Virus record (IMG/VR): IMGVR_UViG_3300042866_001263
DNA: 64,000 nucleotides
Source: a virus
Lineage: Duplodnaviria; Caudoviricetes
Direction: 5' to 3' (one strand)
A model generated the notes under the pieces. The model saw nothing but the letters and a program-made list of their open reading frames with translations. It was not told the DNA's origin and ran no database searches. Of the stretch, positions 10,104 to 18,712 are shown one piece after another. The first letter of the stretch is position 1. Every line of letters starts with the position of its first letter. Position numbers and translations under genes: made by a program.

Positions 10104-10511
10104 ATGAGCTTAGAGGAAAACATGGAAGAACTATTGAATATCGAGGCGGAGGTTATCGAAGAACCAAAACCTGTGAGGGTTGAGCGTGAAGGTGACAAGG
10201 AAGACAAGATCAAAGACTACGAATATACACGAGGAGAATTATACAACCTCATCAGCAAGGGTCAGGAGGCGGTACAAGGCGCCTTAGAGGTCGCACAGGA
10301 GAGCGGACACCCTAGAGCATATGAAGTCGCTGTGAACGCCATGAAGCAGGTAGCAGACATGACTGACAAGCTTGTAGATCTTCAGAAGAAGATGAAGGAT
10401 CTAGATGCAGAGAATAAAAAAGTTACAAATGTTACAAACAATGCCATGTTTGTAGGCAGCACAACTGAGCTTCAGAAGATGCTGAAGCAGATGGGAGGAG
10501 GCAAACGATAA
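10104..10511 (+). CDS. gp16: Terminase small subunit
   Basis: DYEYTRGELY, HPRAYEV, NNAMFVGSTTELQKML. Confidence 0.95.
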   Translation: MSLEENMEELLNIEAEVIEEPKPVRVEREGDKEDKIKDYEYTRGELYNLISKGQEAVQGALEVAQESGHPRAYEVAVNAMKQVADMTDKLVDLQKKMKDLDAENKKVTNVTNNAMFVGSTTELQKMLKQMGGGKR

Positions 10512-10538
10512 ATATTTTGTTGTCTCCATATTCAAGCG

Positions 10539-10640
10539 ATGGCAAAGTCTGCTAACAAGAAGGGAAAGAAAGCACCTTCAAAACAAAACCAAGGTAATGC
10601 AACTGCGAAGAAAGCAAAGAATGGAGGCAAGAAAAAATGA
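10539..10640 (+). CDS. 33-aa Lys-rich basic peptide (not in ORF track)
   Basis: MAKSANKKGKKAPSKQNQGNATAKKAKNGGKKK; late promoter core TAAATA at 10509-10514; its stop overlaps the next ATG. Confidence 0.7.
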   Translation: MAKSANKKGKKAPSKQNQGNATAKKAKNGGKKK

Positions 10641-10828
10641 TGTCTGCTATAGCTTTTGTAATTATCGGCATGTCAGAGGTCTCGCCAAATATTTGCCAGA
10701 TTGATTACATGAGATATGTAGATATTCAATCTGTAAAGGTTCCATGTGATCTCATAAAACTAAATACTATTGATACGAAGTCGGAAGATGCCAGTTCCAG
10801 CAACCAACCTAAACTACATCAGAAATGA
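10637..10828 (+). CDS. Hypothetical protein
   Basis: ATGA-coupled to the previous ORF; no recognisable motif. Confidence 0.5.
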   Translation: MMSAIAFVIIGMSEVSPNICQIDYMRYVDIQSVKVPCDLIKLNTIDTKSEDASSSNQPKLHQK

Positions 10829-11066
10829 TGCGAACTGTGATCCACTAGCGATACAACCTGCTTCTACTACCGTTGATGTATTCGACGGAACAGAAGGTTG
10901 GACGGCATTTCAGTATAAAGACTTCAATGGTGATTATGTAGCTAGGAATATAGATAATACATCAAGAACTCCTGGAACATTTCAAGCAAGGAACTACGAT
11001 AATACTACTAGAACTCCTGCTGATTATCAACGTTATGACACAACAAATAATCCAGTATTAGCATAA
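10788..11066 (+). CDS. Hypothetical late protein
   Basis: TAAATA at 10761 precedes ATG 10788; internal repeats RNIDNTSRTP / RNYDNTTRTP. Confidence 0.7.
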   Translation: MPVPATNLNYIRNDANCDPLAIQPASTTVDVFDGTEGWTAFQYKDFNGDYVARNIDNTSRTPGTFQARNYDNTTRTPADYQRYDTTNNPVLA

Positions 11067-12430
11067 TGGCACAGTATAGCAAACACTACGAGGATCTCCT
11101 ACCACAGGAGAAAACAAACTTTGAGGTAGTCATGATTGCCGATAACTTCGGTAATCTTACTGCTGGAACTGGTGCGACTGCTGTTGATGCCTTTGGTCGT
11201 TTGAGAGTTGCCGAGACATTTACTCTAGGTGATTACAAGCATCTCTATGCTATTGACCCTAACTTCAACAATAGAACATTGAATGGTGCTACTATTCAAT
11301 ATGACGTGAATAAAGCATGTGCTAGGATGACAACAACATCTAATGTTGCTTCGAGTGCTGCTCACCAAACAAAGTTTTATCATCATTACCAGCCAGGTAA
11401 ATCACAAGTTATCTTTAGTTCGGTATGCTTTGGTTACGCCCAACAGAATGTAACCAAGAGAACTGGATATTTTGATGACAGAGATGGCATTTACTTCGAG
11501 CAAGTTGGAAATGGAACTTCCAACGGCACAACCAACGGCACACTCAACTTTGTAGTTCGTTCCTATGCTGGCGGTAGTGCTAGTGAAGCGACAGTGGGAA
11601 CCTACAAGAGAAGAGTTCCACAATCAGAATGGAGTATTGATCCTTGTGATGGAACTGGTCCTTCTAAGTTCAATATCAACACATCAAAAACTCAACTGGT
11701 TTATATTGACTTCCAGTGGCTTGGAGTTGGTAGAATTCGCTGTGGATTTGTTCATAACGGACAGATTATTTTAGCACATGAATACTACTGCTCAAATGTG
11801 CTATCAGAAGTTTATATGTCTAATCCAAACCTTCCAGTAAGATGTGAGATCTTAAACACAGGCACAACTTCTGGTGGTTCGATGGATCAGATTTGTTCCA
11901 CCGTGATGTCAGAAGGTGGATACACAGAAAGTGGCATTGACTTTATGCATTTGATGACAGCATCAAGAGCAGTTAGCGCAGGTTCCACTCTACCAGTATT
12001 AGCAATTCGTTTGAAAAATACATTCCAATCTTATCCAAATAGAATTTCCGTCAAGTTAAATAATATTGCTCTGTATCCAACTGGCGAAACGATGGCATTT
12101 CAAATTGCTAAACTTCCCAGTGAAGCAAGTTTGGCAGGAACACTTGCTTGGACTGATGTTGATGCTGATAGTGGCGTTCAATATTCTGTTGGTGCTACTG
12201 GTTATACAGCAGCAGATGCTGATGTCTTATTTGGTGGTTATGTAACTGCTGGTTCTTCACAGAACTCTTTATCTGCTTCTTCAACTGGTTCCATTTCTGC
12301 TGCCAAGAAAAACATTATCGTTCAGAATTTTGACTCAAATTCATCTGAAGTATATGTTGTATTGGTAACGAACATGGGTAATAACGCTGGCGCAATTAGA
12401 GCTGGTCTTCAATGGAGGGAGATTTACTAA
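11066..12430 (+). CDS. Putative virion structural protein
   Basis: DAFGRLRV motif, beta-rich, lies in a late operon; family common in cyanomyoviruses. Confidence 0.65.
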   Translation: MAQYSKHYEDLLPQEKTNFEVVMIADNFGNLTAGTGATAVDAFGRLRVAETFTLGDYKHLYAIDPNFNNRTLNGATIQYDVNKACARMTTTSNVASSAAHQTKFYHHYQPGKSQVIFSSVCFGYAQQNVTKRTGYFDDRDGIYFEQVGNGTSNGTTNGTLNFVVRSYAGGSASEATVGTYKRRVPQSEWSIDPCDGTGPSKFNINTSKTQLVYIDFQWLGVGRIRCGFVHNGQIILAHEYYCSNVLSEVYMSNPNLPVRCEILNTGTTSGGSMDQICSTVMSEGGYTESGIDFMHLMTASRAVSAGSTLPVLAIRLKNTFQSYPNRISVKLNNIALYPTGETMAFQIAKLPSEASLAGTLAWTDVDADSGVQYSVGATGYTAADADVLFGGYVTAGSSQNSLSASSTGSISAAKKNIIVQNFDSNSSEVYVVLVTNMGNNAGAIRAGLQWREIY

Positions 12431-12861
12431 TGAAAAACTATAAAGAAATCAAACATCTTGCTGAAGAAGCAAAGAAAAAAGAGCAAGAAGAAAAGCGTTT
12501 CTGTAAGCTCTGTCAAAAACCAGAGACCAGAAAAGAATGTTCCTATGGCGAGAAAGCATGGGATCGTTTCGCAGTTCCAGTTCAATCTATCAAAAGAGAA
12601 GAAGTAGAACTAGACGAAGCTGCTTGGACTAAAAAGGAGGGACAGAATAAGAATGGCGGTCTCAACGAAAAAGGTAGAAAGTCATACGAAAGAGCTAATC
12701 CTGGAAGCGACCTTAAGGCACCTTCAAAGAAAGTTGGAAATCCCCGCAGGGCGTCATTTTGTGCCAGAATGAAAGGACTAAAAAGTAAATTGACAAGTAA
12801 AAAAACAGCAAGGGATCCCGACAGCAGAGTAAATAAAAGCTTGAGGGCTTGGAACTGTTAG
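12430..12861 (+). CDS. Basic conserved phage protein (DUF6321-like), possibly an internal head protein
   Basis: KKEGQNKNGGLNEKGRKSY...RRASFCARM...SLRAWNC; LDE/A site resembles a prohead-protease cleavage site. Confidence 0.65.
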   Translation: MKNYKEIKHLAEEAKKKEQEEKRFCKLCQKPETRKECSYGEKAWDRFAVPVQSIKREEVELDEAAWTKKEGQNKNGGLNEKGRKSYERANPGSDLKAPSKKVGNPRRASFCARMKGLKSKLTSKKTARDPDSRVNKSLRAWNC

Positions 12862-12862
12862 A

Positions 12863-12911
12863 TTTCATACCTTTTCATTCTTATAAATAGTAGTAATGAA
12901 AAGGTATGAAA
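12863..12911 (+). promoter_or_regulatory. 17-bp hairpin sequestering the RBS and start of the endonuclease gene, with T4 late promoter TATAAATA (12882-12889) in the loop
   Basis: TTTCATACCTTTTCATT (12863-12879) is the exact reverse complement of AATGAAAAGGTATGAAA (12895-12911). Confidence 0.9.
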
Positions 12912-13322
12912 ATGTCAGAGAAAATTTGTACTAGGTGTAAGAATTCAAAACCAAGAACACCAGAATATTTCCCACTTCACAATAAATGTAAAGATGGTTT
13001 AGATAGTTGGTGTAGAGCTTGTAGAGCGTCTTATCGTAGTGAAATAAACAGAGGAAAATTTAGAGGACAACTTACTGATGATGAGGTAAGAAAACTGAAG
13101 CAACAAATCACATGTGATATATGTGGTAAAGAAGATACTGGTGGATCCAAGAACAATAAACATCTAGGCAAAGTAAAATCTTTGGTTATGGATCATGACC
13201 ACCACACTGGAAAATTTAGAGGAATGTTATGTAACCACTGTAATAGAGGATTGGGCAACTTTTTTGATAATGTAAATACTTTGGAAAATGCCATTTTGTA
13301 CCTAAAAAAGTGGAATTGCTGA
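12912..13322 (+). CDS. Endonuclease VII-family (His-Me finger) nuclease, probably a free-standing homing endonuclease
   Basis: N-terminal CxxC...CxxC; CDICG...MDHDHHTGKFRGMLCNHCNRGLG..DN. Alternative ATG at 12906. Confidence 0.85.
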   Translation: MSEKICTRCKNSKPRTPEYFPLHNKCKDGLDSWCRACRASYRSEINRGKFRGQLTDDEVRKLKQQITCDICGKEDTGGSKNNKHLGKVKSLVMDHDHHTGKFRGMLCNHCNRGLGNFFDNVNTLENAILYLKKWNC

Positions 13323-13376
13323 CATAAAACTGCCAAAAAATTTGTTGTTATTATAATTAGTTTTGAGGTTTCCATT

Positions 13377-13532
13377 ATGATAATGAGACTGAAAGAAGAA
13401 GATATCACACGACTTATTCTTGCTTGCGAACTTTACAAGAACTCAACTGGATCAGAGTATATCTGGGATCAGTATGAAGAACTTATAAAGACACTTAAAA
13501 CTTACCTTGAACAATACTCTACCGATGACTAA
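13377..13532 (+). CDS. Small hypothetical protein (51 aa)
   Basis: MIMRLKEEDITRLILACELYK...; GAGG RBS; overlaps the next ORF. Confidence 0.7.
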   Translation: MIMRLKEEDITRLILACELYKNSTGSEYIWDQYEELIKTLKTYLEQYSTDD

Positions 13533-13614
13533 TACACTTATAAGTGCTGTGCTAATCTTTTCTAGCATAGCACTTTTCATTTATTGGGGTTTGAATAATG
13601 CTTACCCTAGTTGA
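13525..13614 (+). CDS. 29-aa single-pass membrane peptide
   Basis: MTNTLISAVLIFSSIALFIYWGLNNAYPS; overlaps both neighbours. Confidence 0.55.
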   Translation: MTNTLISAVLIFSSIALFIYWGLNNAYPS

Positions 13615-13720
13615 ACACTTAGCATCAAGTCCAATATGGTTAGGACTTTGTGGATTTGGTATTATTGTCCTACCTATCATGGGAATACAATACATACACA
13701 GCAAAAAAGATGATACATGA
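13598..13720 (+). CDS. 40-aa single-pass membrane peptide
   Basis: MLTLVEHLASSPIWLGLCGFGIIVLPIMGIQYIHSKKDDT. Confidence 0.55.
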   Translation: MLTLVEHLASSPIWLGLCGFGIIVLPIMGIQYIHSKKDDT

Positions 13721-13835
13721 TTTTCCCTGGGGAGTAGTAGCAATACTTGGTTCTGGATTAATTTTTGTTTTATATGTTATCTACTACATACTACGGATGG
13801 CAACAGAGGAAATGAAAGACCATGACAGACACTAA
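13710..13835 (+). CDS. 41-aa single-pass membrane peptide
   Basis: MIHDFPWGVVAILGSGLIFVLYVIYYILRMATEEMKDHDRH. Confidence 0.6.
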   Translation: MIHDFPWGVVAILGSGLIFVLYVIYYILRMATEEMKDHDRH

Positions 13836-14259
13836 AGATCCATATATCTACCGTATTAAATCAGTTGGTAAAGTTGTAGATGGCGACACTATTGACGCTG
13901 ATATTGATTTGGGTTTTGATATTAGCCTCACTAAACGAATTCGTTTGGCGGGTATTGATACCCCAGAGAGCCGCACGTCGGATCCATACGAAAAGAAACT
14001 CGGACTTCAAGCAAAAGACTGGCTGAAGGAACGCTTACTATTTGCTAAGGATATTATCATCAAGACTGAACTTCCAGACAGCACAGAGAAGTATGGTCGT
14101 ATTATCGGACACCTGTATATCAACGGCGAAGAAGTATCGTTGAATAACCAGATGATCGCTGAAGGTCATGCCTGGGGTTACGATGGTGGCACTAAAGCTA
14201 AGGATTTTAACATTCTAAAGGAAATCCGAATTGCTAAAGGAACCTGGACAGAAGCATAA
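13822..14259 (+). CDS. Thermonuclease (SNase-like)
   Basis: VVDGDT, RIRLAGIDTPES, KYGRIIG motifs. Confidence 0.9.
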   Translation: MTDTKDPYIYRIKSVGKVVDGDTIDADIDLGFDISLTKRIRLAGIDTPESRTSDPYEKKLGLQAKDWLKERLLFAKDIIIKTELPDSTEKYGRIIGHLYINGEEVSLNNQMIAEGHAWGYDGGTKAKDFNILKEIRIAKGTWTEA

Positions 14260-14301
14260 TTTATAAGCATGTAAAGACATACTTATCAAAACGTAACATA
14301 T

Positions 14302-14354
14302 TGTAACACTATTTTCTGCTACATAGCTTATAATAAATGTAGCAGAGAGTTACA
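14302..14354 (+). promoter_or_regulatory. Hairpin with TATAAT in the loop, ending just before ATG 14356
   Basis: TCTGCTACAT (14315-14324) / ATGTAGCAGA (14337-14346), outer TGTAAC/GTTACA; TATAAT at 14329-14334. Confidence 0.6.
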
Positions 14355-14355
14355 T

Positions 14356-14586
14356 ATGTACGGATCTTATTTTATTATTGTTTTCTTTGCGATCCTAGTA
14401 GCATATGCTGGGGTCGAAGAGACGCTGAAACTCTTTGTCTATGCTGATCTCCAATTGCGCTATGCGTTTGTAAGAGTTCAGATGAAATGGATGGGTTGGA
14501 AACTCAAAAGGCAACTTGTACGAGATACAACCGATTTCAAAAAGTTTCTCAGCGAGTATAAAAATGAACACAAAGATTTGCCCTAA
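14356..14586 (+). CDS. Hypothetical membrane protein
   Basis: Hydrophobic N-terminus. Confidence 0.65.
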   Translation: MYGSYFIIVFFAILVAYAGVEETLKLFVYADLQLRYAFVRVQMKWMGWKLKRQLVRDTTDFKKFLSEYKNEHKDLP

Positions 14587-14776
14587 GTGCGGTGCTAATT
14601 GGATCAACGATCAACACTACTGGACTGGCACAAATAAGCCTGGCAACGAACTCGATTTGGCTGGATTGGTATGTAATAAACTAGGTGATGACACCTGCAT
14701 CAATCCCTGCCGTGGTAAAGAAGGTGGTATTACTTGGGAGAAGAGATTGACGGAGTTAGAAAACGACCACCCCTAA
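14564..14776 (+). CDS. Cys-rich hypothetical protein
   Basis: CPKC...C...C..PC; precedes gp17. Confidence 0.7.
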   Translation: MNTKICPKCGANWINDQHYWTGTNKPGNELDLAGLVCNKLGDDTCINPCRGKEGGITWEKRLTELENDHP

Positions 14777-14801
14777 ATACCAGTAGTGACTAGGTTTTAT
14801 T

Positions 14802-16454
14802 GTGGCAGCTGGTACTGATGTATATTTGGGTAATCCTAATCTAAAGAAAGCAGGAACCCAAATATCATTTACGAAAAAACAAATCAACGAATGGATCAAG
14901 TGTAAGAATGATCCAGTCTATTTTGCTGAAAATTATATTAAGATTATCTCACTAGATGAAGGCTTGGTGCCTTTTGAGATGTATGATTTCCAGAAGAATA
15001 TTTTAAGAGACTTCCATGAAAACCGATTCAACATCGCAAAACTCCCCAGACAAACTGGAAAATCCACTACGGTTGTTGCTTATCTGCTTTATTACGCAAT
15101 ATTCTTTGATAGCGTTAATATTGGTATCCTCGCTAACAAAGCTTCCACATCCAGGGAGCTCCTGAGTAGACTTCAACTAGCATATGAAAACTTACCCAAG
15201 TGGATGCAGCATGGCGTAGTTGTTTGGAACAAAGGTAATGTCGAACTTGAGAACGGATCAAAAATTCTGGCATCTTCTACATCTGCGTCTGCTGTCCGTG
15301 GCATGTCGTTCAATATCTTGTTCCTCGACGAATTCGCTTTCGTTCCAAACCATGTTGCAGAGCAATTCTTTGCCTCTGTTTATCCTACTATTACTTCTGG
15401 CAAGAGCACGAAAGTCATAATCATTTCAACGCCGAATGGCATGAACCACTTTTACAAGATGTGGATTGATGCCAAGAATGGTAAGAATGGTTATGTAATG
15501 AATGAGGTTCACTGGTCTCAGGTTCCTGGAAGAGATGCCAAGTGGAAAGAAGAGACACTCAAGAATACTTCACAAAGACAGTTCGCACAAGAGTTTGAGT
15601 GCGACTTCCTTGGTTCTGCTGACACTCTCATCAGTCCATCGAAGCTTCAAAACATACCATTCATTGACCCAATTACATCCAATGCAGGACTTGATATTCA
15701 CGAAAGAGTACAAAAAGATCACGAATACATTATTACTGTCGATGTTGCCAGAGGAATTGGTGGCGACTATAGTGCTTTCGTCGTGTTTGATATCACCACA
15801 CTGCCGTATAAGGTCGTGGCAAAGTACAGAAATAATGAAATTAAACCTGTACTGTTTCCCTCGGTAATTCTACAGGTAGCGAAGGAATACAATTTACCAT
15901 ATATCCTGGTAGAAGTCAACGATATTGGTGATAGTATTGCTGCTACTTTGAACTATGATCTAGAGTATCCTAACGTATTGATGTGTGCGATGCGTGGTAG
16001 GGCAGGTCAAATTGTTGGCACAGGTTTCTCTGGAATGAAAACTCAACTTGGTGTAAAGATGAGTGTGACAGTTAAGAAATTGGGTTGCTCCAATCTTAAA
16101 GCAATCATTGAAGAAGATAAACTAATATTTGGTGATTTTGAAATTCTACAAGAGCTTACCACATTCATTCAGAAAAAGATGGCGTGGGAAGCAGACGAAG
16201 GATACCATGATGACCTTGTGATGTGTCTAGTTCTCTTTGCATGGTTAGTCATGCAAGAGTACTTTAAAGAGATGACTGATCAGGATGTCAGACGCCGCAT
16301 CTATGAAGAACAAAGAAATCAAATTGAGCAAGATATGGCACCATTTGGTTTTATTGACGATGGTATGGGAGATAATAGTTTTGTAGACGCCGATGGATCA
16401 TTGTGGGAGTATGGAAATACTCAAGAAGAAGTAAGTTATATGTGGAATTACTGA
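14802..16454 (+). CDS. gp17: Terminase large subunit
   Basis: LPRQTGKST Walker A, LFLDEFAF Walker B, TVDVARG, HDDLVM. Confidence 0.98.
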   Translation: MAAGTDVYLGNPNLKKAGTQISFTKKQINEWIKCKNDPVYFAENYIKIISLDEGLVPFEMYDFQKNILRDFHENRFNIAKLPRQTGKSTTVVAYLLYYAIFFDSVNIGILANKASTSRELLSRLQLAYENLPKWMQHGVVVWNKGNVELENGSKILASSTSASAVRGMSFNILFLDEFAFVPNHVAEQFFASVYPTITSGKSTKVIIISTPNGMNHFYKMWIDAKNGKNGYVMNEVHWSQVPGRDAKWKEETLKNTSQRQFAQEFECDFLGSADTLISPSKLQNIPFIDPITSNAGLDIHERVQKDHEYIITVDVARGIGGDYSAFVVFDITTLPYKVVAKYRNNEIKPVLFPSVILQVAKEYNLPYILVEVNDIGDSIAATLNYDLEYPNVLMCAMRGRAGQIVGTGFSGMKTQLGVKMSVTVKKLGCSNLKAIIEEDKLIFGDFEILQELTTFIQKKMAWEADEGYHDDLVMCLVLFAWLVMQEYFKEMTDQDVRRRIYEEQRNQIEQDMAPFGFIDDGMGDNSFVDADGSLWEYGNTQEEVSYMWNY

Positions 16455-16678
16455 TGAACATAGAAGATCAATTTTCTTTAGAGCATCTCATCTTCAAGGA
16501 AAGGAAGTGCAGAACTTGCAGTAAAGAGAAAGATCTTCTCACGGATTTTTACTTGATCAGAAAGAATAAAAGACCGTTTCCATCAGCATATTCCTATGAA
16601 TGTAAGGCATGTACTGTCAAAAGAATACTCGACAGAAGAAAGAAAGATACTGATGCCTGGTCATATCCAGATTGGTAA
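16454..16678 (+). CDS. Zn-finger hypothetical protein
   Basis: CRTC...ECKAC; start overlaps the gp17 stop. Confidence 0.75.
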   Translation: MNIEDQFSLEHLIFKERKCRTCSKEKDLLTDFYLIRKNKRPFPSAYSYECKACTVKRILDRRKKDTDAWSYPDW

Positions 16679-16761
16679 AGTGTTCATGCATGGTTTCCCC
16701 CTCTGAACATTAGTAATTTCTAAATAGATTTAGATAAATTTGATATCTAAGAGGTAAAAAC

Positions 16762-18675
16762 ATGGCAAGTCAAGTCTCGCCTGGTGTTGTTATTAAGGAG
16801 CGTGATTTATCCAATGCCGTAGTAACTGGAGCACTCGCTATTCGTGCTGCTTTCGCTTCTACATTCCGCACTGGACCAGTAGGCAAAATCGTAAGCGTCA
16901 ATTCAGAAAGAGATCTAATTGACACGTTCGGAACACCAGCTGAGGCAAATGCTTCTGATTGGTTAGTAGCAGCAGAATTTTTACGCTACGGTGGTCAATT
17001 AGCAGTTCTCCGTGCAGCAACAACTGTTAAGAACGCAACCAAGAGTGGCACTGGTGTTCTTATTGCTGATAAGGATGCATTCGATGCTGGCGTTACAACA
17101 GAAAAATTTGCTGCTCGTTACGCAGGAACAGAAGGTAACTACTACCGTGTAGTTATCCTTGATCGTGGTGCTGACTATAAGGTAACCAAGGCAACTCACG
17201 GTTTCACAGTTGGGGATACATACACAGCTGGAAACGCAACAACACACGAAGTTTATAAAGTAGTAAACTCAAGCACATTCTTAATTACAAAAGGAACTGG
17301 AACTCCAACCGCTGGAGCTGGTGAAACAGTAGTTGCTTACACTAATTCCGATTGGAATGCAGAGGCAATTGGAACAACTGGTTTATCTTTCAAGGCAATC
17401 GGTCCTCGCCCTGGTACTTCACCTTGGGCAGCAGAGCGTTATCTTTCATATGATGAAGTTCATCTTGCTGTCATTGACGAAAGAGATAATACAGTTGTTG
17501 AGCGTTTTACATATCTTTCAAAAATCTCTGATGCTAAGTCACCAGAAGGAAATTCCACATACTGGAAATCAGCACTCAATGAGTTTTCAAACTTCATTTA
17601 CGCTGGTCAAGAATTAACCTCTGCTGAAATCACAACTCTTGGAGAAAATCCAGGTGGAACTGCTGCTTCATACGCAGCAACTTCTGGTGCTCCAAAAGAG
17701 TTATCAAGAATTCTTCAAACTGCTGGTGGAACTTTATCTGGTGGTCTAGATGACTATGCTTATACTGCTGGAGAAATTCAAGCAGCATATGATGAATTCC
17801 TAGATACAGAATCTGCAACTATTGACTTTGTTATCATGGGTGGTTCCATGAGCAATGAAGTTGATACTCTTGCTAAAGCACAAGCAGTAGCTGCTATTGC
17901 TAACAGTAGAAAGGATTGCGTTGCTTTCCTATCTCCTTATGTTGGTAATCAAATTGCCACTACTGGTGGTGCTTCAATTTCTCCTGCAACTCAACTAGCA
18001 AATACAATTGCTTTCTTTGATGGAATTGCTTCAAGTTCCTATGTTGTTTTAGATAGTGGTATCAAGTATACATACGATCGTTTCAACGATAAGTATCGCT
18101 ACATTGGTTGTAATGGTGATACTGCTGGTCTCTGTGTTTCAACTTCTGCAATTCTAGATGACTGGTTCTCCCCAGCAGGTCTAAATCGTGGTGGTGTACA
18201 GAACGTTGTCAAGCTTGCTTTCAATCCAAATAAAGCACAGAGAGACGATCTATACAGCAACAGAATTAATCCTATCGTTTCTCTTCCAGGATCTGGTCCT
18301 GTTCTCTTTGGAGATAAGACCGCTCTCGCTTCACCATCAGCATTTGACAGAATTAACGTTCGTCGTCTATTCCTCAATGTTGAGAAGAGAGCAAGAGCAC
18401 TTGCTGAAGGAGTTCTCTTTGAGCAGAACGATAGCACAACTCGCTCAAACTTCACTGCTTCAATTTCTTCTTACTTGGCAGAAGTTCAAGCTCGCAGAGG
18501 TGTAATTGACTTCCTAGTTGTATGTGATACAACAAACAACACTCCAGAAGTTATTGATAGAAATGAGTTTGTTGCTGAACTCTACCTCAAGCCAACTCGC
18601 TCAATCAACTATGTAACCGTTACTGTAACGGCAACAAGAACGGGCGTTTCCTTCTCGGAAGTCGTTGGTAGATAA
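16762..18675 (+). CDS. gp18: Tail sheath protein
   Basis: SPGVVIKERD, WFSPAGLNRG, FDRINVRRLF; late promoter TAAATA at 16721. Confidence 0.98.
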   Translation: MASQVSPGVVIKERDLSNAVVTGALAIRAAFASTFRTGPVGKIVSVNSERDLIDTFGTPAEANASDWLVAAEFLRYGGQLAVLRAATTVKNATKSGTGVLIADKDAFDAGVTTEKFAARYAGTEGNYYRVVILDRGADYKVTKATHGFTVGDTYTAGNATTHEVYKVVNSSTFLITKGTGTPTAGAGETVVAYTNSDWNAEAIGTTGLSFKAIGPRPGTSPWAAERYLSYDEVHLAVIDERDNTVVERFTYLSKISDAKSPEGNSTYWKSALNEFSNFIYAGQELTSAEITTLGENPGGTAASYAATSGAPKELSRILQTAGGTLSGGLDDYAYTAGEIQAAYDEFLDTESATIDFVIMGGSMSNEVDTLAKAQAVAAIANSRKDCVAFLSPYVGNQIATTGGASISPATQLANTIAFFDGIASSSYVVLDSGIKYTYDRFNDKYRYIGCNGDTAGLCVSTSAILDDWFSPAGLNRGGVQNVVKLAFNPNKAQRDDLYSNRINPIVSLPGSGPVLFGDKTALASPSAFDRINVRRLFLNVEKRARALAEGVLFEQNDSTTRSNFTASISSYLAEVQARRGVIDFLVVCDTTNNTPEVIDRNEFVAELYLKPTRSINYVTVTVTATRTGVSFSEVVGR

Positions 18676-18712
18676 TTAGTAATACAGAAAAACATCACAG
18701 AGGTAACCACTA

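Noticed and set aside
14293-14306. Near-NtcA box GTA-N8-TAA
   Set aside because: It mismatches the GTA-N8-TAC consensus and is better explained as part of the hairpin region.
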